A stretch of 61,334 bases of DNA, from the NCBI GenBank assembly GCA_030265395.1, contig JARFYF010000059.1:17263676-17325009 (forward strand), read 5' to 3'. A model generated the notes under the pieces. The model searched no databases. It was not told the origin of the DNA and saw nothing but the letters and a program-made list of their open reading frames with translations. Both the position numbers and the translations under genes were made by a program. This document shows, piece by piece, positions 11,965 through 23,645 of this stretch; position 1 is the stretch's first letter; the number at the start of each line of letters is the position of its first letter. This DNA comes from Rhina ancylostomus. Lineage: Eukaryota.

Positions 11965-12178
11965 TCCCAAAGGCATGTGGGATGGGGTTAATTGGCCATT
12001 TTAAATTGCTCCTAGTGTGTAGGTGATTGGTAGAATGGGGGGGGGGGCAAATTGATAGAGGTGAGGAGAATAATAAAATAAATAGGATAAGCATCCGATT
12101 AGTGTAAATGGATGCAAGATAACGGCCAATCCTGGTGGGCCAAAGGACCTTTTCCATGCCTTGTGACTCCATCATTCT
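11965..12178 (+). mobile_element. HE1/V-SINE-like element, 3' half
   Basis: CCCAAAGGCATGTGG...GTTAATTGGCCATTTTAAATTGCTCCTAGTGTGT (V-domain-like) followed by a CR1-type tail GGTGGGCCAAAGGACCTTTTCCATGC. Confidence 0.7.
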
Positions 12179-15100
12179 AAATTCCTTAACGACTGGAATT
12201 TCCTTGGGTAGGTGCTGATCACAACATGCACAGACACATCGGAAACATCCTTTATTTGTTATAGGTATTGACTAAGCTGTTCTGCATTTCCAGAATGTTT
12301 ATCTTATTTGAAGGACTATGGTCATTTACATTTTGAGAGGTGGGTTTTTCAGGGACAGATTTCAACAAACCTGTGCTGTGGGGTGGAGAGAGGGCAAAAA
12401 CTTTCTTCTAACAATGCCATTCATTGTGTACCCCAATAAGTGTTTTCTAACATGCACAATGGCACCCCTTTGAACAATGATATTGGTCATTGAAGAGGTG
12501 AGAAAATTTAGAGAATAAAAATAGTTATGACATTGATCATTCTTTAGTACAGCAATTGGAAAACACAGATAAAGTGAATTACTGTCAGAAGTCTAGAACA
12601 ATAAAATATTTAAAAGACCAGAACTCCCATTAGAGTGAGGCTTCATGCTGATATCCAGTATTTTCTCTTTTGATTTAGCATCTAGTATGCAAAAATTCTT
12701 CTCAAAATAAAGGGATATATCATAGGTTTGAGATCCTGGAAAGTGTATTGTAGAAGGCATGAGCTATGACTTCAATAAAAGGTTGACTGATTTGGATCTC
12801 AGGAAAAGGAAAATTCAACACTGATGACAATAATATTGATACAAACAAAAAGGGAAGTAGAAAGAGAGAAAGGCATATCACAAAAAAAAGGAAAGTTTTT
12901 TTTCCTCCCCTGACACATCTGTGACATGAACAAGGTCCAACTGTGCTGTAGACTGATGTCCATATTTCAATGTTTGAAGTAATCAGATGCTAGTTCAGGT
13001 AGCCAAGTTTACAAGGTTTTCTATATTATCCTAAATACTAAATTGTCTTTACTGCTGGGAAGTCTTTAAATACAAGTTATGGAAACCTCAGTTACAAAAG
13101 GACCATGCCCCCTTTCTAAGACAAGGAACAAACTTCAAAGTACTACATTTCAAAAGACAATGAATAACCTTTTTTTAAGAAAGGGCAGTGATGTCAAAGG
13201 GAGTGGCAGATTACAGTAACACTACTCACCCACACTTGAGAAGTGAACTCATTTCCTTTCTGTCAGTTGCATTTGCATTAAAGTATACCAGCTAAAAATG
13301 ACATTGCTGAGAGAAAGAAGGACTTTCAGAAGAGTGGCTGTTGTGGGATAGAGAGTGTTGCATTTGTGAAATAGAGTAAGGTGGAGGGCAATACAACTGG
13401 AATCAAGGGATACTTTGAGTATTGGGTATATGTAGTGCACAATTGACATGGTGCCTGACAACCTAATCCTGCTGGTCACAGTACCATAACGGACCAAGTC
13501 CAATGCACTGAGCCAGTATGGCAGACTTATCATAGAATATAGATGGAACCTCCACAGGAAAATGAAAACAGGTGCCAATAAACTGGAAAACAGCATTATG
13601 ACTTTCAGCTGCTGCTCCCTTCCTGCCAGGAGAACAGCAATGAGGACCAGAGTGTCAAAAAGGCATTCCCAAAGATCCAATATGCGCATCTTCAAACAAG
13701 CTAAACACTGCATGCTCTCCTCATACATCCTATTATCACCAAGACTGACAGGCATAAATGATATATATAGTCTGGGCCCTGTCCCAATTTTCTTTTTAAA
13801 CCTTTCCCTAACGCAGGGTGCTTTGAACAGATATCAGGGTTAACTTTGCGTGAAGTGGAGAAGGAAGCAGAGACCGATACCTGTGGACATAGATATTTCA
13901 GTAATTTACTTTTCAAGTCATTTTATGTACCTGAGGGTGAACATTTAAGGTTCTTGGGCAAGAGGAGGGTTTGAAGTTTCAAAATACACATCAATATCAT
14001 TTAATTAGATAGAAAAGAACAGTGACTTAGGATTACAAAGATGGGCAAGAGTTCTTTCAGATCAGGGAACATATGAGCATTTTTCCCCAGCCCTGTTATA
14101 ACATGGCTTTATAATGGCACACAGCTCTTTCTGGTTAATATCTGGACACAGTTTGATCAATTCTGAGTTTAAACTGCAAAGTTAGGAATAGATGATATTT
14201 ACAATTTTAAACAAAAGAGAAAATTAGCTGGAGATTTAGGCAGCAGTTAAGTTTTAGAATTAATTATCAGGATTTAGACACCACTGGTGCCTTAGGGATA
14301 AGGCCACCATATTTTATCCATCCTGACTGAGTTGCTCAGAGAAAGAACAGTCACCATGGTGATGAGAATTCAGTAGTTAATGTAAATAAGATTGCCAGTT
14401 TCTTTCCAGGTAAATAAAAATACATTTCTTTGATATTTCTTACACTCAAGTTTACAATTTAAATTGCCAATACTAGTGGAGAGAGGGCAGAGAAAGGAGT
14501 GATGGTACCAGAGACCAACCAACCAATGTCAGCAAGGGAAGGGAATAATTCCTCGTCAGAGTTCTTGTTCCACATTTGACAATGACTTATGTTGGATTTC
14601 AGGTAAAAAGAATCACGTTTTAAATTGATCAAATAGCTTGCTTACAGTGTCTCAGTTTACACATTAAATATGTCTACTTGGGCAAAGTTCCAGAAGAGAC
14701 CAAGCAGCATTCCGTGATTGGAGGAGACAAAATGGGCGAGGAGAAAAATTCCACAAGTGCAAACCACAAAGCTTAGAGCACCCTAAAGATCCAGATACAT
14801 CCCTTCAAACTAGCTAAACACTTTTTCTCATACATTCTATTACTATCACAGACACTAATAATAGATTTGTAATCTGGACCAAGCATTTCACCTAACTCAG
14901 CAAAGTCAGTGTAACCCAACTGGGAGAGATCTCCAAAGCCGGCAGCAGCTACTCAGTGTAGAAAGAAACATGGTTACAGGCAAAGAGCACAATGCTTAAT
15001 TCTGGAGCTGAGATGCTGCCAGCAAGAGATTTAACTTTATTAATTATAACTTCAGAAAAATCCAGAAATGTTAAACCCTCTCCCCTCACTCTAAAGTACC

Positions 15101-15747
15101 CTGGATGCAGAAATTCATGCAACACGGAAGCCAGTTCATCCTGATTGCTTTGTTTGTATCCAGGCTTGTCTCCATTAATTCAAATACAATAGGAGCCATC
15201 AGAGATGGAAAAAAACTGATGACACTGGGCGATCTGTCACACCTGAGTGAGAAAGAAAGCTTGCAATTTCTTAGTATTGAATACGTCTTTACAATCTCCA
15301 TTACATTGGCTAAGCACTGCTTTCTTATGACTGATCTTGATGAAGCAATAACAGAGTGTGAGTAATAGCACCAATAATGTCTTACATTTCCAATGTGGGT
15401 GTTGCAGTTTATTGATACTAACAGGAAAAACAAAACCCAGATGACAAACACGGAGCTGCTGATTGTATCCATAAACGAGATTTCCTCTCAACAGAAAGGT
15501 TTTAGCCATCAACCATAAACCGACAGAAGGATAGAAATACAATAATCCACTTCAAAAAGATATTGGATAGGAAAATTCAATTTTGTGAAATTGAATTGCA
15601 AAGGAAAAATTTGCAGAGCTGTAGGAAAATGTCATGGAATGGGATAATTCATGGAATTATCATGGAAAATATCATAGAATTGAGCTGTAAATCTCAAAGA
15701 TCTGTTGCAGTCATGGCAAGGTAACAGACAGACCCCTTTTATTCTGT

Positions 15748-15830
15748 TCCAGATGCTGCTCGACCTGCCAAGTTCCTCCAGCAGATAGTTTATCACTTTA
15801 GATTCCAGCATCTGCGGTCTCGTGTATTTT
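15748..15830 (+). mobile_element. 5'-truncated Penelope-like terminal-repeat element with 13-bp TSD
   Basis: Family body flanked by direct repeats CCTTTTATTCTGT at 15735-15747 and 15831-15843. Confidence 0.75.
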
Positions 15831-17430
15831 CCTTTTATTCTGTCCTAATCTTCAATACCCTTTAGTAATGGTAATCAATTTAAGTACTGCATTACCCCCT
15901 CCCCAAAGTATATAGTTTGTCATTTATTACATTGCTTTATTTTAAAAGAATTCAACTTAAAGAAAAATTCTCAAGATACCATTGGCAAGGTAATTTTAAT
16001 TTGTGTTTTTTGGATTATTATTCCAGAAGGATAGCCACTATACATCCAAAAAGGTTAGTGATGATGTTTGAAACCAGTCTATGTTCCTATATTTCATTAC
16101 TCTCCTACCCCTTACAAGAAATGTTAGACAAAATTGAAAAGAATTGTGATGCTCCACTCACTCCACCAGTTGGACCTCTGCTGATATTTGCCGTTTACAA
16201 TCCCACATGAAAATTATTGACTCATTTGAGATATTGGAGAGAGGAGCATGGGGGCAGTGAGCAACAGGAGGGCTGTATCCAGCAGAGAAACATATGTTTG
16301 TAGGATGGTCAGGCTCTACGCCACTGCCAGAACACATACTGCTCTACCCAAATATTCTCCATCCAGTCAGTACTCGAGCGTTTCCTCAGGGGACCCTGGG
16401 AGGACCATATATGGTTTGTTATCAGTTTTTAAATGTACTTATGCCATGTGCTCAAAACTAATGTATCACGGGATTAGTAAAATTGGTTACCATCTTAAAA
16501 TTGAATGTATTTAGCTATGTTGGAACAGATCCAATAAAAGCACTGCGCAGACGGCTTAGACTATATCGTTTGCCTCCTGTAAACAAACTTCTAAAAAGTG
16601 GGCAGCTGCAAGAAACGGGTAGAGGCGAGTAGGCCGCTTTAAATCGTTATTCATTGGACAGTTTCCAAGCCTGGATACCCCTTCTACTGGAGAGAAAAAC
16701 TGATTTTAAATACCTGTGTATACTCCAGTAGGGAGAATCTAATCATGAATTTCACTAACCTATAATATCTCAAGTCTGCAGCAATCGCTGATAGATTTGA
16801 ACATTCTACCAATTGCTAATTGAAAACAATCGGTAGGGGGACCCGATGTGAGGAGGAAGCACATAGATTTGGTTGGGCAGACCCTGTTAAGTCTGCAGGC
16901 TCCAGGTAACAGGTCGAGTCATTTTACTCACTGTAACTCAGAAACTGATCTTAGATTCAACTCAGATGCAAAGAATGTTAAGGTCGGTAATAGCCGAAGG
17001 AAACAAAATATTCTTATACAAAAAGTCCCGTATTCAATACTAAACCAGGTTTAATAATGCTAATTTTAAAAATTCACTTGCAACATTTTTGCAATAAGTT
17101 TTTCCTTTCGGAAAGAATATTCAAATGGTATAAAGCACTTGCAAGTTCAGGTTATATATTAAACAGATTGGAGTAGCTCTCGGCTAATGATTTATAGGGT
17201 ATTTTGTTCATTTGGCAGCGCAATAAACACGATGTTGTGTCGTGTTTCTTGGAAAATATTGTAGTTATAACAAAGGAATTTGCAGCAAATTGAGTAGAAG
17301 CCGGAGGGGGTTAGTAATAAAAGGATGAGAAAGAATTTTAAAAGGGAATTTATGAGTGAGCTTTTCCGACAAATATATCTGGAGCGAGGGAACTGAGACA
17401 ACAGAGAACAGTGAGTGGCGAGAAACTTAC

Positions 17431-17580
17431 CTACCTCCTGATGGGTTTCATGGGGAAGGAAATCCGGCGTAAATTCTCCAATCGTCCGGCTCACTGCAGC
17501 AGTGAATACATCAACATTTCAGCAGACTGCATTCTATTTCTTCCTCGCTGAGGCTCCTCACTCTAATTAAATGTTTCTCT
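17431..17580 (-). other. ERRFI1: Probable non-coding exon 1 of ERRFI1 (start approximate)
   Basis: Consensus donor AG|GTAAGT at 17430-17425 inside the locally CpG-enriched, repeat-free segment. It lies just downstream of TATA-like and GC-box motifs. Vertebrate ERRFI1 has a non-coding first exon. Confidence 0.6.
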
Positions 17581-17680
17581 GTTGCAATATGCCCCGCAGT
17601 TTGCTTAATAAAGGCGGGCTCTGAATCCTGATGTCATATCAGGACGTCTTCCTCCCGCCCACGGCTTACAGTCAGCACAC
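17581..17680 (-). promoter_or_regulatory. Candidate proximal ERRFI1 promoter
   Basis: Minus-strand TTTATTAA near 17605-17612, GC boxes (GGCGGG ~17612, CCCGCCC ~17654-17660) and a CRE/ATF-like TGATGTCA (~17629). CpG density is visibly raised over ~16540-17880. Confidence 0.55.
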
Positions 17681-18029
17681 TTACTTACCTCTACCTTAAA
17701 GTGGAATTATCTAACAAAAGGCGGAGATAAAAACCTAAAAATTAAATCTGTGACAACTTGTCTTTCAACTTTATTTAATGGTACATCTGAAAAAGTCGCA
17801 GGGAAGAGATGAGTGAAATCAGTTTTGTTTAGAATTTAATTTGGTGGGGCCCACCAATATCCATCAGAACGGCTTAAGCCTTGCAGAAGCCAAATTACAA
17901 AACAAAAACGAGTTTAAACAACATGCCTTAAGTTGCTAGGTATTTTAAATTTTAGAGTGGTACAAGACAGTAACAGTTAGTACATTAAATGTTTTGTCAG
18001 CTGGATACTATTCAGTTAAAAATTTGATT

Positions 18030-18270
18030 CATAGAGTCATGGAATTGGACAGCAAAGGAACAGGCCGTTCGGCCCACCACATCCATGCCGATCTTTTTGT
18101 CCATCTATACCAATCCCATTTGCCTGCATTAGAACCCCATCTTTCTATATCTCATCTATTTAAGTGTATGTCTAAATGTCTCTTAAAGGTAGTAATTGTA
18201 TCTGATTACACTACCTCCTCTGGCAGCACTTTCCTGATATTAACCATTCTCTCTGTAAAAAGTATTTTCC
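18030..18270 (-). mobile_element. CR1-type LINE 3' end
   Basis: ACAGGCCGTTCGGCCCACC...ACCTCCTCTGGCAGC is the reverse complement of the CR1 tail seen at 4140-4325 and 54150-54380. Confidence 0.85.
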
Positions 18271-20823
18271 ATGAAGGGTTATTTTAAAATTTGAAAAATT
18301 AGTCCAAAAGGACTTGAAACATGTCTGCAATATTGCCAAGGAAAGTGTGTAAACTAACATATATTTGTATAGGTGTGTATGCATTTAAAGAAATGTCTTC
18401 ACTCTCTCCTTGGCTCCTTTCATGAGAAACCATTTTCTAAATTCTTTCTGCCAACTATCTTTGTCTTTAACAGTGACAACAAGTGTGAAAAGCTAATGGA
18501 TAGGATTACCACTAAAGCTAAGTAAATGCAATTTGTTATGGATTGTGTGTGGGTCTGTGCATGAGTGTATATTTATCTTTGTATCTGGACAATTGTATAA
18601 ATATGTAAATCTATGCACTGATGTATCTGGATATGAGTTGTTATTCAAATACCAGTGCTTTCAAGTGACAAGTGTCTGTGTTTACCTTTCTTCAAGTGGC
18701 ACAATTAATTATAAACTTCCAAAAAATATTTGAATGGTAATATCATTTTCCAATCTACCAAAGCCTCCAATCCTGGAAAATACTGTATTTTCTCTCCTGT
18801 ATGATCCAGATGTGGATAGATATGGAAGAAAATCGGGTAACATGAGGAAACATAGCTTGGCTTCCTGGATCAGGAATAAGAGACAGATGTCATGGGTATC
18901 AAAAAACGAGGGAAAGAAACGGCAAGGTTGTTTGTCAAGGTTTGCATTGGGGGAAAAAAACAAAATCTATAAATTCACTTATGCAAAGAAAATTAGTTAA
19001 ACTTCTAAAAATCCAATCGTAATGTATAATGTTAATAGGATCTGATGGGATTTTAATCCCTGTGTTATTGCACAATGAGCTATCTATCTTCAGTGGGAGC
19101 AATGCTGTACATGGATGAAACATTATTACCTCCAATTGATCAGTTGTTATCTGTTTTAAGTAATGGTACTTGGACAATATTTCCTAATATATCCCAGATA
19201 TTTCCAGTATGTGATTTTAAAAAGCTAATATAGACCTGTTCCTGCATTTAAAAAGTCATTCTTGTGATATAGACATTGCCATCAGCAACATTATTTATTG
19301 GTGCCTTGTTGCTTTTGGGAAGGCAATGGAGAGCAACTTCCATCCATGTGGTGAATTTACTTGAACAAAATTGTTGGGTAGAGAGTTTCAAGGTTTCAGT
19401 GCCAGTGAAGTAAGTTGATATCAGTTCAAATCAAGATGGTTTGAGATGTAGAGGTAGTGTTCCTATAAACCTTGTGCCCACACCTTTGGAGATACTGGGC
19501 TTGGAAGTACCAATGAAGAAGCCTTGGAGAATTGCTGCAGTGTGTTCTGTAGATAGTATGCACTGCACACATGATGTTCTAGTTGTTGAGGGAATGAATA
19601 TGTAAACTAATCGATCAGGCAGGCACATAACAAGGATTTGACAGGTTAAGTTTTAGAAAGTGCTCAGTGGACTTGCAGATCTAGGATGCAACTGATTATT
19701 AGTGTGAGAGATGATGATGTATCAAAATGTCAACAATTAGGGAATAATTTATCCATGGATTAGGAGTTCCACAAACTGGCGAGTGATTTAACTGATTGGA
19801 ATATTTGGTGATGAGACCAACATTGCATTGCTTATCTTGGAGCTGTAATCTATAACACTGATGTATGTTCTGATATATATTCTGTTGGAATTTAAAATTA
19901 AACAGGAAACATCCATCTCTTTATCATGGACCTTATCCATTGACTCATATATCCTATTTGTTACATAATTCTACCTACTTTCTACCCAATCACAGGAACT
20001 TTGTTTTTGCTCTTTCTACATCCTCCAACCCTCACCACCCCACCTTTACTGCATTATAAAATTTGCTTGCTTAGAAATTATATTCTACCTTCTTTTGGTN
20101 NNNNNNNNNNNNNNNNNNNNNNNNNNNNNNNNNNNNNNNNNNNNNNNNNNNNNNNNNNNNNNNNNNNNNNNNNNNNNNNNNNNNNNNNNNNNNNNNNNNN
20201 NNNNNNNNNNNNNNNNNNNNNNNNNNNNNNNNNNNNNNNNNNNNNNNNNNNNNNNNNNNNNNNNNNNNNNNNNNNNNNNNNNNNNNNNNNNNNNNNNNNN
20301 NNNNNNNNNNNNNNNNNNNNNNNNNNNNNNNNNNNNNNNNNNNNNNNNNNNNNNNNNNNNNNNNNNNNNNNNNNNNNNNNNNNNNNNNNNNNNNNNNNNN
20401 NNNNNNNNNNNNNNNNNNNNNNNNNNNNNNNNNNNNNNNNNNNNNNNNNNNNNNNNNNNNNNNNNNNNNNNNNNNNNNNNNNNNNNNNNNNNNNNNNNNN
20501 NNNNNNNNNNNNNNNNNNNNNNNNNNNNNNNNNNNNNNNNNNNNNNNNNNNNNNNNNNNNNNNNNNNNNNNNNNNNGCTCCGAGATTTTCTGTGAGTGTT
20601 CAGTGAAAGTTGGAGGTAATACACAAAAGCTCCATGTTATGTCAATAAGGGAGGATATGTGCACTATGTCACCTGTGACATTATTAGGTGGGTAACTGAC
20701 AATGGGGAAATGTCAGCCTTGTTAAAGTGAGTTGCATATGGAAGCCCAGTGATCAACATCTTGGCAACATGACCATGATTTCAACAAGAAATGAATGCTT
20801 GCTTTTTTTCTCTAACCCTTTTC

Positions 20824-20920
20824 AATTCTGACAAAAGGTCATCAGCTGGAAACATTAGCTCTGTTCCTTTTCAGGTGTTGCCTGGCTTGCTGAATGAGTT
20901 CAATGTTTTCTGCTTTTACT
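20824..20920 (+). mobile_element. Degenerate Penelope-like terminal-repeat element
   Basis: TTCTGACAAAAGGTCATCAGCTGGAAACATTAGCTCTG...GTTGCCTGGCTTGCTGA. Confidence 0.5.
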
Positions 20921-21050
20921 ACACATCTCCCATTAATACTTAATCCCATTTGTCCACCTTCTCCCTATATCACTCAATCATTTTGCTATACAGTGAAGAC
21001 ATCTTGACCTCATTTTGCTTTCAGTGCATTCCCTGTTAATCAATTCCATT

Positions 21051-21194
21051 TGAGACACAAGAGACCACATATGCTGGAATCTTGAGCACAAACAAAAAGT
21101 CCTGATACAGGGTTTCAACTCAAATTGTTGATAATTCCTTTCCTCCCACAGATGCTGCTTGACCTGCTGAGTTCTTCCAGCAGGTTGTTTGCTG
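21051..21194 (+). mobile_element. Penelope-like terminal-repeat element with 5' inverted end and 14-bp TSD
   Basis: Starts with the inverted terminus GAGACACAAGAGAC, then AGTCCTGATACAGGGTTTCAACTCAAATTGTTGAT and the family body. TAATCAATTCCATT at 21037-21050 and 21195-21208. Confidence 0.75.
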
Positions 21195-22219
21195 TAATCA
21201 ATTCCATTCTCTATAGCCTCAACTTTTCTGATTAGTAATCAAAAATCAAAAAACACAAATCCTGGAAAACTAAAGTAAAAATAGAAGATGCTGGATAAAG
21301 ACAATAAAAGAGACTTTTCACCTATCACTTTATTTTCCCCCAGTGGGATTTAAACTCTATCCCCTGGCTCACATTTGTTGACTCTGTTCATGATCTTGCA
21401 ACCTTGCAAATACTAGGCAGCCACATATAAAGCTGCCTAGTGCCAAGTTACCAATCTCCAATCAATTAGGCATGTCATGAGAAGGAGATAGAGAGTAATC
21501 TCTGGGGGGCTTAATTGAGTGAATTTGGCTCAAGAAAGGCTGGGGTTTGCCATTTGCCGTTTTGACTGTGACCGATGAAGAAATCAAATAGGGACAATAT
21601 TTATAGAAGCTACAAACCTAAAGCATGGTGGTGAGGAAGGGGGGCGGAGGGGGGCAGTATTACATCATAATACATCACAGAAGCACAAGCTGTTAGAGTA
21701 TTTCTGAAGAGAATCCAATTAGGCTTGTGCTTCCTTTCAATTTATAGGTTGCACTCTTGGAGGAAAAGCAACTTTATTATCATTAAGCATTTCCAAGTAA
21801 GCCATAGCTCAGTTTAGATGCTCTCTTTTCTGTCCCCTCAAAATGCTTTATATCTAATTTTATCAACTCAATGTATATCAGGCCATTTTAACATTCTTTT
21901 TCTGACTATTTATGTTTGTGTCTTCTTTGAATTAGATTGGCAATTAATCATGAATGTTTATTTTTTTCATTATTCTGTAAACCAATAACTGTTGAGAATG
22001 ATCCATATACTGAACCTCAGCCATCAACCACACAATGTGTCCTAAAGGCCTCATCTTCTCTCCCGTGTCAGTCTTACAAATGCTGAATATTTAACTTGGA
22101 CTTGTCAGAGTTGAACTACTGATTGACTACTGGGTAGATAAAGGACTCCAATGGTAATGTTGGTCATTTTGTTTTGTTGGTCCTATACATGTGTACTTGC
22201 AGTTGGTAATATGTTGTGT

Positions 22220-22333
22220 TTCCTTCCTTCCTTCTCCTCCCTCCCTTCCTTTCCCTCCCTCCCCTTCCTTCCTTTCCCTCCTTTCCTTTCCCTCTCCCTC
22301 CTTCCTTCACTCCCTCCCTCCCTTCTCCCTCTT
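22220..22333. repeat. Polypyrimidine (CCTT/CCCT)n low-complexity tract
   Basis: About 110 nt almost exclusively C/T. Confidence 0.95.
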
Positions 22334-22723
22334 TTGAAAATAACCACAAACCACTCTTTAATATTGCAGAAGAATGTTTGTGTCCAGATGTATGAATGCA
22401 CAATCTAGCCACAGCTTTGAGTGGCGGGGGCAGAGGGGGATTCACACTTCTCTACAATGTAACAGAGGGATTGATTACCCTTTCCCATCTTCTGGCTGCC
22501 AGAACTTCTATGAACTTTGAAGGGAATTCACAGTTGTTTGGGCTGTGGTAAAAGTATGTTTTATTATGCTTCCAGCTTTTTGATTACACTTTGCAGCTGT
22601 TTTGGATTTTAAAAATATTCAAGTGTACAGAACTGAGACCATTGTACTATGCTCATTTAAAACAGGATCACACACATCTGGGAGAATAGAAAATGTGACT
22701 GAAATCAAACAGTTCTCATGAAA

Positions 22724-22908
22724 GGCAGCCAATGTTTCAGGTCAGGACCTTCTTCAGGACTCCTGAAGAAAGGTCCTGAAGAAGGGTCCTGACCCGAAAG
22801 GTTACTGCCTGCTTTTCTCCACAGATGCTGCCTAGCCTGCTGAGTTCCTCCAGCATCATAGTGTTTTTCATCTAGATTCCAACATCTGCACTCCTTTGTT
22901 TCCCCTGT
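22724..22908. mobile_element. Head-to-head Penelope-like terminal-repeat pair with two near-intact hammerhead cores
   Basis: Minus 22727-22761: AGTC-CTGAAGA-AGGTC-CT-GACCT-GAAA-CA-TT-GGCT. Plus 22773-22807: GTC-CTGAAGA-A-GGGTC-CT-GACCC-GAAA-GG-TT-ACTG, then the family body. Confidence 0.8.
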
Positions 22909-23379
22909 TTTTTTAACAGTCATTAATGGAAAAGCTCCAGGACCCTTTAAGTCAGCGCATGATACNNNNNNNNNNNNNNNNNNNNNNNNNNNNNNNNNNN
23001 NNNNNNNNNNNNNNNNNNNNNNNNNNNNNNNNNNNNNNNNNNNNNNNNNNNNNNNNNNNNNNNNNCTTTATTTCTCTAGTTCTCATGAAATGCAGCAGCA
23101 AAAGGGTTAAGGCCAGACGTGTTGCAGGGGAATTGAGAGCCAAAGACTGAGAAAAACTTTCTCTTTAACATTATTAGTTTACCCCTCAATATAAAGTCAA
23201 CATCTCTGTTGGGAGTATTAGTGACTCCTTTAAAAACAAACCTAACCAAAACAGAACACAACAGCATGTTCTTGCAAAGGGTAAGGTGTGAGGTTGTAGC
23301 TGGGTTTTGCTTGGGGCAGCTCAAAGGCAAGGGAGGGAGTGGACTGGTACAACTGGTTTAGGGAGAGGAAGGACTGATA

Positions 23380-23645
23380 GGAACAAAGATAGTAAAAGAC
23401 AAAAATACCTACAGCAGATGTATCAGAAAGAGAGAGAAAATACCAGCAAAAGAAAAATAGTGAGAAGGAAAAATAGAAGACAGGAAGGGAAATAAAGAAA
23501 AGACAGGGAGAAGGGAAAAAATAGGGGAGATTAAGAAGAAATAGAGTACAAGATAAGGAGAGTGTGAAAAGGAAAAAAATAAGAGATACAGAGATTGAGG
23601 GTGACTAAAATCGAGGAAGCCAGGGGAGAAAGGAAATAAAAAAAC
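23380..23645. repeat. Purine-rich (GA-rich) low-complexity tract
   Basis: Strong A/G strand bias, no fixed period. Confidence 0.85.

Noticed and set aside
13249-13843. 168-aa and 93-aa ORFs in intron 1
   Set aside because: No recognisable domain, non-canonical start for the longer one, and no supporting splice pattern. Likely chance ORFs.
20001-20664. Long ORFs of 166-201 aa
   Set aside because: Almost entirely X from the N gap 20100-20576. The same applies to ORFs across 38052-38673, 39568-39734 and the 100-N gaps.
22151-22445. Proline/leucine-rich and Gly/Arg/Glu-rich ORFs
   Set aside because: Translations of the CCTT/CCCT low-complexity tract. The same holds for 23307-23663 and 35782-36259.
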